This document shows, in pieces, positions 51,871-64,000 of a DNA stretch of 64,000 bases. A program made the translations under genes and the position numbers. How positions within the stretch are numbered: the stretch's first letter is position 1; the number at the start of each line of letters is the position of its first letter. The notes under the pieces were generated by a model that was given only the letters and a program-made list of their open reading frames with translations, was not told the origin of the DNA and ran no database searches. Origin of the DNA: Eledone cirrhosa (taxonomy: Eukaryota); the NCBI GenBank assembly GCA_964016885.1, contig OZ024745.1, positions 46,686,001 through 46,750,000 of the forward strand, read 5' to 3'.

Positions 51871-53727
51871 CATAGTTCCCATGAGAAGAATATGCCTGTC
51901 TCTTAAATTTTCTATTGTCTATCTAAATAGTTAGATTCACCACCTACTCAATGTAAATACAGTTGCCAGATGCTTTCTCAACTCGTTTGCAACTTTGATA
52001 TGGAATGTAATACATGACTGTTTTTCTTGATATAACAATTGCGTACAAGTTCTGTCTGAGATTATAACATGTCTTTTCGTCAGTGAAAGGTGTTCCAGTT
52101 CTCTGTTTAAAGCAGTGCAAGTCTAACATAAGGATGATAGCAGTCTGCGGAAGAAACTAAGGTGGGAAGGGTAGTGTCATTTGTGTAGGAGTCTGGCATT
52201 GGGGGTAACAGTAAATAAATCCTTCATATACAGAAAATATCCAAGATTCAGACTACAACAGAGTTAATAACATCAGTGAACAATTTAACTCAGAAGTTTT
52301 ATTGATACTTTACAAAAGAAGTACTTTCAGCAAAGTTCTCATAAAGCCAGCAGATTTAGCTCTATGAGAACTGTACTGGTGGCTACCAAGGAGAAGGAAA
52401 GAGAAACAAGTAACCTGGCTTGATTAGAAGTAGCCGGATACAGGGATTGTTGTGTGATGCAAGGATTGTCGTGATTAGACTGTTATTATGGATGGGAAAG
52501 TGACTAAGGTGGCTGGTCAAATGTGGATTTGGAAGTCAGAAATAGACAGAGTACTTCACAGCGTTGTTGTGTATCTGACTGACACTGGCAAGTGAGAAGG
52601 TGCTGGCTAATAAACAGTTAGATCCATACACACTAATAGTGAACATTCTCTAATTTTATTTTACTAGTAGATTTTAACTCACAATTGATTGTATAATCTA
52701 TAGTGTAGCCCTTCACTACTTTGAGAAAGCTTAAGAAGCAGTTTGTTGTTATCAAGGTCCATTTCTTTCTGAAGAGAAATGTTATTTAAATGGTGATGTG
52801 TAATTTTATTAGTGGCTATTCTGTTTTAACATGTGCTCATGAATGTCATTTGAAGCCAAACCATTGTTCTTAAATTTATCTTTGTCAGAATCCCTTCAAA
52901 AAGATGCTGATGTTTTAAAAATAATGATTATGGCATATAATTAGACCTTTCAATAACTAACAAATATTTAAAAACCATTTTCCTAGCTAATTCTTTACAG
53001 GCTCCACAATAGGCTTCATACTCATTGGCAGTATTTTACAACTGGATGTAATTCTTCATGCCAGTCTTTTTAGTCACTTGTTATGACAGACAATAATATG
53101 GTGTATCTATTCTAAACCAGATATACACAGTGTGACTTTTCAATAACATTGAGATATAATTAAGCTTTTCAGCAACTATAGTATATAATTAGACATTTGA
53201 ATGGCTGTCTTTGGACCTTTCAATAGTTATTGTATATCTTTGGGCCTTTCAGTAGCTACCACATACCTTTGGGAATTTCTTTCCTTTTTCCTGTAAAATA
53301 AAGATGTGTGTCTACAAGCTATGCAGGATGCAACCCAGCTAAGAAATTTAGTATTCAAAATGTAACTTGTATACAATTTTTGAATGAAACTTACTGTATA
53401 TAATTTAATATCAGCCAACCATGAAAGATCCAAACCCCTTGTATAAAGCCAAGGCAGCTAATCAACATATGTTTGGATGAGTGGAAAATATATTTCTGAA
53501 GTTTTAATACTTTACTATTTATAATGTTTGAAGTGTCGTTTAGAGTCTAGTTTTTGTTTCACAACTCCATTACATAATGATTTTTTTTACCAATTTGTTG
53601 ATGGCCATATTCTTTTTAAAAAATTTCACATCCAGAGTGAAACCGGTGTAATATTCACCTCCAAAGTGATACTATTTTAGCATTTCATTCACATATTGAC
53701 CTCGAATATAATCTGACCCAGCATTTT

Positions 53728-53732
<5 letters not shown>

Positions 53733-53776
<44 letters not shown>
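53733..53776. repeat. (TA)n microsatellite
   Basis: Direct reading; another at ~30563-30609. Confidence 0.97.
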
Positions 53777-53779
<3 letters not shown>

Positions 53780-53920
53780 TTCTTGGCTTATATACAAGTA
53801 TATACAGTATCCATTGCAATTTCTAAAACTCTTTAACTGGAAAAATAAATGTTACACTAGTCAGAATAATTAAAATATTTTAAATATTTCTATAGCACTT
53901 TTCTTTGCTTTTCAATTCAG

Positions 53921-53997
53921 ATATTTTATCCTGAAACAACTGACATCTATGATAAAAAAAATGTACCTCGAGCCATCTATTGTGTACACGCTCTCAG
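53921..53997 (+). CDS. IQGAP1: IQGAP-family exon, end of CH domain
   Basis: ttcaattcAG acceptor, GTaaga donor. Translates IFYPETTDIYDKKNVPRAIYCVHAL(S), matching IQGAP IFYPETTDIYDRKNMPRCIYCIHALS. Confidence 0.96.
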
Positions 53998-54547
53998 GTA
54001 AGACAATAAATTATTTATTAAAACTTTGTATTTTATAGGAAGTAGTACATAACCTATTGTCTTACAGACTGAATAGGTAATATTTATTTTGTTCATCAAA
54101 CCTTATCAAAGCTACAGTTGTAATTTATTTATACACAGAGAGTGAGGTGGGGTGGGGGACTAATAAAGTGTTGACAGAATGCATTTTAGAACAAGTGACA
54201 TTCATTTTTTTTTGTCTAATGTTTGTGTTCTAACAGAAAAAAATTATAAAGTTTGTGTGAGATGGGGTAAAACCAAGTACAAACATTAACTGCATCAATG
54301 CCATGAATGTGCAGATTTGCCTCAAACATTGAGGGAACTCCAACACCTCTTATTGTGGTATGTAATTGTGTGTGCATGTCTTATGATTGTTTCTGCTTGT
54401 TCTTTTGCTTATTTTTTTAATTTTTTCTGATTACTTTCTTACTGGAAATTGTTAATCTTTTGATAATTTATCTCTCATATTAAAAGAGATGGTTGTGAGA
54501 AGAGTTGGTCATTATTATAGAGATTTTAAAGTAATAAATACAAATTC

Positions 54548-54948
54548 AGGACATGCATATGTTGGAGAGAAAGGAAGCAACCATGCTTTGTTGGATGTGC
54601 AATGTAAATGTGAGAGAAGGGCGGAGCTTGGTTGAACTGAGGGAGAAACTGGATTTAAGAGGAATCTGAGGTAGTGTGCAAGAGAAAAAACTGTGTTGAT
54701 ATAGACATGTGATGCACATGGATGATGATTGCTGGGTGAAGAAGTGCCAGGAAATCCCAGTGGAAGGAAACCACAGTAGAGGTAGACGAAGGAAAACCTT
54801 GGCGGAAGTGGTGAGAGCTGGTCTTAAATTGCTGTGACTCACAGAGGAGATAACAAAGGAACGAGATGATGGAGAGATGCTGTGATGAAAAGGACCTGTC
54901 CAACACACCCAAGTGTGGAAAAACATGTAAAAATGATAATGATGATGT
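54548..54948 (+). mobile_element. Old RTE 3' fragment with short tail
   Basis: LERKEATMLCWMCNVNV..HVMHMDDDCWVKKC..GRRRKT, followed directly by gtccaac..gtggaaaa..gatgatg tail. Confidence 0.85.
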
Positions 54949-55239
54949 GAAAGACTATCATGTCATTGTGTAATTATTTTGTCTTTAGTATCCTCTTTAA
55001 GACTTTACTTTTTTTAAAAACATTTTTGCACAAAAGCAGAAATGTGAATCCTATTGATACTGATTACTTTTAAACTGGTTAATCATGAAGGAAATATTTT
55101 CAGTGAATAAGAAAAATATATAATCATTAAGTCAGATGGTGGTGAAGATTAGCCTCAAGTCTGCTCTGATCAAAGTTATTGCAACTGTAATCATTCTATT
55201 TTCCCCAGCTACAGTACATATAGGACCACATTATTTAAT

Positions 55240-55427
55240 GCGGTGGATTGGCAGTATCGGTAGAGGGTCGGACGCCATGCTTTGACGCATAATTATAGCC
55301 CTTGCCATTCTGAGTTTAAATCCCGCCAAGGTTAATTTTGCCTTTCATCCTTACAGGGTCGATAAAATAAAGTACCAGTAATGTACTGGGTGATTGCTGG
55401 CTTTGTGCCAAAAGTAGAAACAATTAT
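55240..55427 (+). mobile_element. SINE family B, full length with target-site duplication
   Basis: TSD ATTATTTAATG at 55230-55240 and 55423-55433. Confidence 0.88.
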
Positions 55428-58400
55428 TTAATGTGTCCTTTTCTGGAATAGTTGGGTGGAATTTGAGAGATTTCACTGCTATTCAAGCAAATGTTTACAG
55501 GCTCCCTCAAGTAATGACTATCTTTTACAATATAGTAAATTTAAATAGAATGTTCTTTATGGATACTAAAATCAAGCTTTTTATTGGTCTGTAATTTTTA
55601 TATTATTTTTGATACTGTTACTTTAGTTTTAAAAGGAAAAATAAACATTAGTCTCTTAAATCAACAAAAATACTTATGAATTAATTAATTATATGGTAGG
55701 TGTAGTTAATTAGCATCATACCAGTATAAATTGTTATATTGTTTTTAATCCTGTCATAACCATATTTCTAATGAAATACACTAGTTATGTCTTAATTAAC
55801 AATTTGAAGGGATTTAAGAAAATAACTAACCATATTATTAAGTTGATGTTTAGTACATAACTTGATAAATATATTCTGCCATGGCATTATTTTTTATTTA
55901 CATAGGAATATTTTAAAATTAGATTCATCATAGAATTTTGGTGGGTTCAAAAGTGTTAAGTATCTGAAACAAATTTCTGTTTTAATTTTTTGTCATTGAT
56001 TTCAACATAAAATGCTATATTTTGGTTTGGGAGGGAGGAATAATTGGTTCTATACTATTTTACATAGAATTGGCTAAAAACTTCTGTAGATTATCATTTT
56101 ATGCCAGCTTTTGCATGTTGGTATGAGTTGAATATTAATACTTAACTGGAGCTGCTGTCCTTGACAAGTGAAGGGACCATGTCTCACATGTTCCAGTTTT
56201 GCTATGGTTTCTTTGGTCAGATGTCTTTCCTAATGCCAGCCATTTAACAGGAGCATTTTATTGTAACTCCAACGTTACAGGATGCACTGGGTGCTTTTTA
56301 TTGTTATATTTTTCAATTTTTAAGCATAGTTGTATTTTGACTGGTATAATATAACGGTCATTTTTTTCTACTAAGCAAGATCTTGTAGGTCCTATGTCAA
56401 GCTTCATACTCATTATGAAGTCTTTTGAAGCAGTATTTAAATGGATGGGTATCAACCCTCTTAATCACCTCTTGCAACAATGCAATAAGCAGAGGGAAGC
56501 TGTGATGGGGAAAACCCATCCAAGCATGGAAAAAGATGTAAAATAATGATGTATACAGTATATTTTGACTAGCATAATAAAGTAAATGTTTTAGTGTAGA
56601 CTCTACTGGAACATTTTCATGCTATTTTCACATTGCTATAGTAGTTGGTAAATTAGTTTTACTGTTGAAAATCTCATTACTGCAAAATTTTGTTTAATTA
56701 GAATAATGGTATTTGTCAATTCTCACAACCATTCAAATTAATTTCTGCAATATATTGATCTCTATTATCTTGAGCCTTTTGATGTGTTCAAAACAAAATG
56801 CTATTTATATATTAAGATCAATACCTCTTTCTAAATTTTTTGATAATGATTTCTCACAGACCATAAATGTTACGCATGTGTGTTTTATAGTTAATAAGAT
56901 TGACTCTACATACTTAGTACTTATTTTATTGACCCAAGGTGGATGTAAAGCAAAATTGGCTCAGTAGCTCAGAAAGTAGTAGGGAGATATTTAATACTTT
57001 ATTTTATTTAGTTCAACATCTAACATTTGTCCCCATATAAAATTTACTAATAATCAAATCTAGATGTGATTTTGTCTGGTGTGGCTTTTAAAAGAATTTT
57101 TTTTTTATGAAAAAATTAATATTTCTCTTTGTGCTTGAGAGATTTATCATTTTCAAAGCTCATAACATTTTATGTTTGTAAATGTGCTCTCATTAATGTA
57201 AAATTTATTTAGTATTTAACTATTTGATATTTCTTAAATAATGCAATAAAAAGGAAATTCTTAACATTGTTTTCATTTGAATCTTTCTTAGACTCAGTTG
57301 TTTTTCTGATTGTTGGTTATATATACATATATATGCAAGCAAACAGGCTCTCTCTCTCTCTCTCGTGTAGCAAGAAACTCTAAGTAATGACATAGGGAAT
57401 CATGTGCTTCAAATGAAAATATAATTTCACTGAATATTCAGCATTTTTTGGTTTTTAATGTTTTTTTTTAATTTATCATAAATTTATCTCAAAATAATTG
57501 AAGATATTCTAATTGTTTGCTATGTGTTTCAAATATCAATTTAATGTAAACTGTAGTATACTTTTCCATCCTGTTAGCCATTATGTGTGTGTGTGTACTA
57601 TGCTTGGAGAAACTAAATAAATGATTTTACAATTATTCTTGTTTAACTGTTTTTTTTTAAAGAGATTTTGATATTTTAATTATTTGAATTAAATTCTCAG
57701 CTTCATAAATATTCACATTTTTTTCTCGGCCAGATCATCTACTTTCATATTCAAGACCACCTCAAGTGGTGTATTTAAATTTTAGAGTAGAAAAAAAAAT
57801 GTATCATAATTGTATAACTTAATTTCACAAGTTGGATTTGATTTATGACACTTGCCAAAAGTGCCATTCAGTGGAATCAAACCTGAAACCATATGATTGC
57901 AAAGCAAATTTTTTGAATGCAGTCATGCCTGCATCTAGATAGCACAAATTTCTTTAGAGACCAACATACCAGTTATGAGGAAATTTTGTATAATTTGATC
58001 AGACTAAGATTCAAATTTTAAAAAATTGACTTTTATAATCTCACCATCTTGATATCATTTAAACCATTCTAGGTCATTGAACAAATTCAAAACTATTAGT
58101 TTCATCTTATTCCTAAAATAATCTTCAATAGGAAATCTACCTCTAGTTCAGACAGACTACAATGTATTTATACAATTGAAACAATTTTGTCCTAATTGTG
58201 AGTTAATCTGTCTCAAGCCCAGAGGCTCTTCAGACCAGCTGTGTGGACTGGAACAATGTAAAATGAAGTGCTGTGCTCAAGAATACAATGTACTCTGTTT
58301 TTGGAATAGAAGCCATGACCTTAAGACCATAGTCAATGCTCTACCACTGGGCAAGCTACATGCGTTCATTATTGTTCAAATTTATAAAAGTATTAATTCC

Positions 58401-60270
58401 TTAGCTTCTTCTTGACTATTTTACTCAAGTCATTTCTAATCTACTTCTAGTAATTGCTTGAAACTGTGCCCACTAATAGTCGTGGGAAACCAGTTATGTG
58501 ACACTGTGTTCTATCAATACAAACACTGCTGCCTGTTTGTTATCAGAAAATGTTCAACAATCTTGGACTTCAAAAGGAAGCTAAAAAAAACAACTTTTTT
58601 TTGTGTGTGTGTGAGAGGGCTCTGAGCTGTTTGTAAATCTTAAAATGTATTTTTAGCATCTTATACAACCTTACAGTACTCTGGAATCTTACTTAGTTTA
58701 CCAAGCTTAGAAGTAGCTGTACATTAGAAGAAATGTTTCACCGTCAAGTAGTTTTCTTCCTATATTCTCTCATAAGCGAACATCTGTCAACTATACTCTA
58801 TTGACCTGATCATAACTCAGCTTTTCTTTCTCTAGCTTACTAATACTTTCTACTATTATTTCTCAAAGTAACACTGACACATTTCTCCCAGTTTATCTTC
58901 AAACATTTCAATAAGAAAATCATTCTCATACTCTTAATGACCACATGCATCACTTCTATCTCCTCTCTCATATAAGCTGTGTGTATGTATATTAGTATAA
59001 GTGTGTGTTTTATATATAAAGTTCAAATTAGTTTCTTCACTTTCCTACTTTTTTCTGTCTTGACAATATAAAAATTTCAAAACTAGAAGAAAAAAAATGT
59101 GTGACTAAACTTAATGAAACAATGCAAATATAGGTCACAATGAATAGATATTCCTACAGATGTATTTTAGACAGACAATTTCAGATTTCTAATGTTTATA
59201 TAAGCACTTTTAAAAATTAATACTTTCAAAGAAAAACCTGGATTTTTAGTGTGTAAATTTTTGCATTTAATCTGACAATGTCACTATTATATCTGTATAC
59301 TGCTTATAATTTACATGTACAAAGAAAAGAAAAAATAATAAAATTGAAGTTTTACACAATAAGACAGGATGTCTAGTTATATATGACACTCAACAATGTG
59401 CCAACATCAAATTTATTGTGTCACCACAAACCTATTTTGATATTATTGTTATTTGTAAACTCTTTCTCACAGTAACATTTTAATTGTACTGATATCTGGT
59501 AATAATCTAGAGATCTGATAAGAACTTGTGTATATGCAGGCATGATTCTGTGGATAAGGAATTTGCTTCGCAATTACATAGTTCTGGGTTCTATCTTAAT
59601 GCATGACATCTGGGGCAAGTACTACAACCTCAGGTTGACTAATGCCTTAAGCATGAAATTTAGTAGATGGACAATGTCATCTCTCTCGCTGCTTGGGTTG
59701 ACCCAAGATTATATAGTATAGATACTTGCCTAAGATGCCACATAGTAGGGTCAGACCCAGTACGTCATGATTGCAAAATGAAATTCCTAAACTCAACTAC
59801 ATCTATATCCACTGTTTTAACATAAAAGAGCTCTGAAAAGTGAAAAAAAATGTTATCTTATGTATAATCATAGCTTATAGGTTCTTGTCTTCCCAATTAG
59901 AGTTAGACCTTCTGGCTTTTAGCCAAAACAATTTTATCAATTTAGTCAAATTTTCTTACCCACAACTTATCAACCCAATTCATCTGTCAGCAATACCCTT
60001 GCAATTAAAGCCAATGCATTTTATTCTTCACTAGTTTTCATTCTACTTGTTCTTATTTGTGTTTGTGTGCACACACTCATGCAAAAGCATTAACTATACT
60101 CATATGCACGCGCACACACACACACACCACACACCACACACATACACACAATGTGTTCCGTTTTTCTCTCTTCACCTCTTTGTTCAAAGCTGTTAATTGT
60201 AACAAATTATATGATCACTCACAACTAACAAGATAACCAATGTAATTTCACTATACTACCTAGCTTGATC

Positions 60271-60273
<3 letters not shown>

Positions 60274-60337
<64 letters not shown>

Positions 60338-60504
60338 TCTCTCTTTCTCTTTCTCTCTCTCTTTCTCTCTTTCTCTTTCTCTTTCTCTCTCTCTCTTTCT
60401 CTTCTCTCTCTCTCTTTCTCTTTCTCTCTCTCTCTCTTTCTTTCTCTTTCTCTCTCTTTCTCTCTCTTTCTCTTTCTTTCTCTCTCTCTCTCTCTCTCTC
60501 TCTC
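60274..60504. repeat. (CT)n/(CTTTCT)n compound microsatellite
   Basis: Direct reading. Confidence 0.98.
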
Positions 60505-63500
60505 ATTATGTATGTATATATGTCTCTAGCTCTCAATATTTACAAGTTAGAAATGATCAGCAGCAGTCTCCTTCAATTTTATGCCCTCTTTTGAACAGCC
60601 AGCTATGGCTGAGTAAAGCTAGATCTACTAGTTTCATTCTCTACGAATGAGAATGATTTATTGCTCATTAGACATTTGTTGAAAGCCGTTCTTGTTTGGC
60701 CACTGTATGTCATGAATATCATTTGGCAAAACTACCAACAGTATAGGCTTTATTATATATTATTTTGGTTTTAGATTTCTTTTCAAAATCATTGCTACAA
60801 ATATTTTAAGAGGCTCTTTCTGGCTTCAATTCTAAGTTCATTTATATACCTGACTCTTTCATCATTCAGACATCATTTACATCTAGTCTTTAAAAACTTG
60901 TTTAATTTTTTTAACACCAACCCACCTGAAACCATGGGTTTGAACTGAAATTATATTATTGTATGACTGGTAATATTAAAGTTCAGTAGTTGAATATTTG
61001 TATTCTATTAAGTGGAAAGTTTAATATATAAACCTCTCATAATTCTTGATTATTTTGATAATTAAAGCACAAAGCCAGCATATTAATGATAGAAATGTGA
61101 TTAGAAAAGGGGTTAACAATTCCATTGATGAGTGCTATACAGCATTCCACATAGTGTGTTTAATAATTGTGTCACATGGAACATTGATCACGCATCAAGG
61201 AAACATTAATACTTTTCTGTATTAAGTCTTCACATTTTTTACTCTAAGTTTAACTATCTCTGATCCCTTAGGAAAATCAAAATAGTCACAATTGCATGAA
61301 TATAAGCTATTTTATTTTAGGTCCAGAAATACTAGATATTTATCTTCTTTCCATGTGTGTATATTCTTTGATTGATTACAGCGTACATATGTCTGATGGT
61401 TTACTCATCATTTATTTAAAATTGCTCCCTTGAAAACAGTGACTTTGTTGATATTCACTTATCATCCAACCATTTATTGATTCATATTGAGTTGTATCCT
61501 CTGTTGTGCTTGTAACAGGCCTCTGAATTTCTGAAATCACCAAGGCTTGCTCCTTCTCAACACTGGCTCACTTTCTCACTCTGCAAATCTCATCATACTA
61601 AGCACAACTGCCCATGTCTACTTCTCCTCACTGCCATCTCTTTGAAATGCTCTCCATCTTTTCTTTAACTTTTAATCTGCAGCAAATCAAATTAAGCATT
61701 AAATGCTCTAATCTCATCCAATTGTCCTAGATTCTTAATCTAAGAGTTGTGAGAAAGATCACAGGCTCCACACCCTACTAATCAATTAATTAATTAACAA
61801 AGAAACTTTAAAGTGCTTGAACATAGATGCTAAATTGTCACTATATTTTCTGAAAAGGTTTGAAACCAATTCAATCAAGGTATAACATAAGAATTGTTTG
61901 GAATAATGTTTCTTTTTTTGTTATATATAACTTCCTTATAGAAGTGGTATAAAGAAAGTGAAGCAGTTGAGCAAAATATGTTAGCACTGTGAATGCAATT
62001 ATCTATTAATTTAAGCTTCTCATTCAGTTATTTTGAGGAATTCTATTTTATTTTTTTCTCTCAATATACTTCATATGACACTCTTTAAATTGGAATTCAT
62101 CTAAGTATTTTAAAAGGCTAATGTTGTCCTCTAATAAAATGTTACTTAGCTAAAAAAAATCTTGTCCATACCTTCAAAATTGTTTTCTAAGGGAATATTT
62201 TATTGTTAATGTTAAAGTTAGTCTTTCTTGAGCCCAGAGGCTCATCAGGCCAGAGCTTATCCAAGTTTCATGTACTGTGAACCCAACCTGTTGTAAGTTT
62301 AACTCTTAGTTACTACTGTTAGTATTCATTTTTCAGCTAAGTAGACTGGAACAATGGGAAATGAAGTACCTTGCTCAAGGATACACTCCATCAGCCAGGC
62401 TGAGGATTGAATTCACGACCTTATAATCATGAGATAAACACTGATATCACAAGGCCATAATATCTGTTAATACCAAACTTATGGTGATATCTTTTTTGAA
62501 AAGAAACTTTAAAAAGAAAAGTATTTTCATGTATTTTAAATATTATATTTTGTGCCTGAGATAAAATAATGTCAATAGTTTTCATAAAGAGCCATACTTT
62601 AATTCTAATCTTTAAGTGGCAAACAGATGATTAGCTGTTGGCTCTAGATACCTTATCAGCAACTGCAGCAGCAACAGCATTAAGATCACCATTAGAAGAA
62701 TTTTCTATAATGGAATTTTTCTAAAGATAGAAATAATAGTACAAATCGAAAACATGGCATTCAAAACGGAAATGAAAAATAATTAAAAACTTTAAAACGT
62801 AATGTAAATAGCTTTTTCATTGAAAAATATGAATTAATATTAGAAGATAAGATTTTACCTTTGCTTAGTGGTGCTTTCAACAACACGACAAGAAGCATAT
62901 ATGATTTTTTTTTTTATTTCTCCAGTTTTCTAATAATTGACAGTAAGAAGCAGATGTTCTTGCTGATAGAAATGAAAATAAATAATTTTAGTAGTAGTTG
63001 CTGTAAATTTGTTTTCATGCTCATCTTAGATGTAGGCATTTGCTCAATTTCCTGTAAGAATAATTTAACTTGTATATCCTTGAAAGGGGCCAGTGATGTG
63101 AATACTAGTTTCAGGATCAATAAAAGATTACAGCTGTAGTTGTAACTGTTTAAAAGTAGATGACTTGTTATATACTGTGTTGGTAGTAGGTTGTAGAGCT
63201 CCGATAGCTAAACTTAATGTAATAAATGTGTGTGTGTGTGTAAGTTTTGGATGGACAACAATGCAGAGTGCTAATATATTCTTAGAGATGTTGACAGACA
63301 ATTAAACTGGTGTAACAAAAAAAAAAAATTACTTAACAAATTGGATTTTTTTGAGATTAGAGCAGACAAAGCCTCATTAGACAGCAACCAACATGGAGGC
63401 CTAGAAGAAAGGAGTTAGCTAGAAGTAGTTACATTGTTAAACCAAGACAAGCTGTCTCTGACCAAACCAAAAGCAGAGAGGAAGATATTTGTTTGGAAAA

Positions 63501-64000
63501 TGAAAGCATAAATTGTCTTAATTAAAAGGCCTTGCATAAAAATCGAAATCTCAGTAGTATTAAGAAGTATAAGAAATGAGTGTTTTCACTTAATTGATTC
63601 CATTGATTGTAATGATTTAGCAAAAATGTCTGGAACATGTTTAATTCATATATTTATAGAATCTTTACTAGTAGACGGTTTGTTGTAAAAATTAGACTAA
63701 ATACTTTTTAACATGATGCAGTCATAGGGCTGTTTTATACTTTTAAAAAATGTTTTACTAATGCAGTTTCATGTGGCAGAAGACAGTAAGAGTATAGTCA
63801 GTGGAGCCAACAGTGACATTTGTAGAGATTAGATATCTACAGGACTTGAGTGTCTGGACAAAAACCACTTGGAGCTCCTCTTGCACACTTTTTCGATAAG
63901 AAAAACATCAACTTATGGTTCAAGTTGAACACCAACAACACTGACCTTACCAGTGAGGAATGGTTTAGAAAGGTTATGAACACTTTACCAAAAAGTCTGA

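Noticed and set aside
62221-62275. Minus-strand GAAAC...CTGATGA resembling a hammerhead ribozyme core (also ~51605-51655)
   Set aside because: I could not build stems I-III with a UH cleavage site; it reads as a recurrent SINE tail.
63380-64000. Possible decayed LINE endonuclease remnant at the window end
   Set aside because: Motifs too degraded to assign by eye.
54000-64000. Search for the next IQGAP exon (expected LYLFKLG..APQIQDL-like)
   Set aside because: No matching frame with AG/GT borders was found by eye; it probably lies beyond the window.

Overview
AT-rich, repeat-dense eukaryotic (animal) genomic DNA. The repeat landscape suggests an octopus/coleoid cephalopod, which is inference. 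The only host gene I can support is an IQGAP1/2-like gene on the + strand. It has four small GT-AG exons (22218-22314, 35029-35185, 50101-50178, 53921-53997) that splice in frame into the N-terminal calponin-homology region; the first exon and downstream exons were not found. Everything else is intronic or intergenic mobile DNA: (1) four large antisense RTE-clade LINE copies plus older fragments, where the reverse transcriptase carries an inserted C4HC3 PHD-type zinc finger; (2) a tRNA/CORE-type SINE that shares its 3' ~170 bp with these LINEs; (3) a second young tRNA-derived SINE; (4) a TTAA-bounded piggyBac-like MITE family that repeatedly receives insertions near one internal site; (5) a pogo/Tigger-like MITE, an L1/Tx1-like 3' end, microsatellites and a 200-N gap. 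Most short ORFs in the supplied track are noise, antisense LINE frames or microsatellite translations. Repeat boundaries were read by eye and are approximate.
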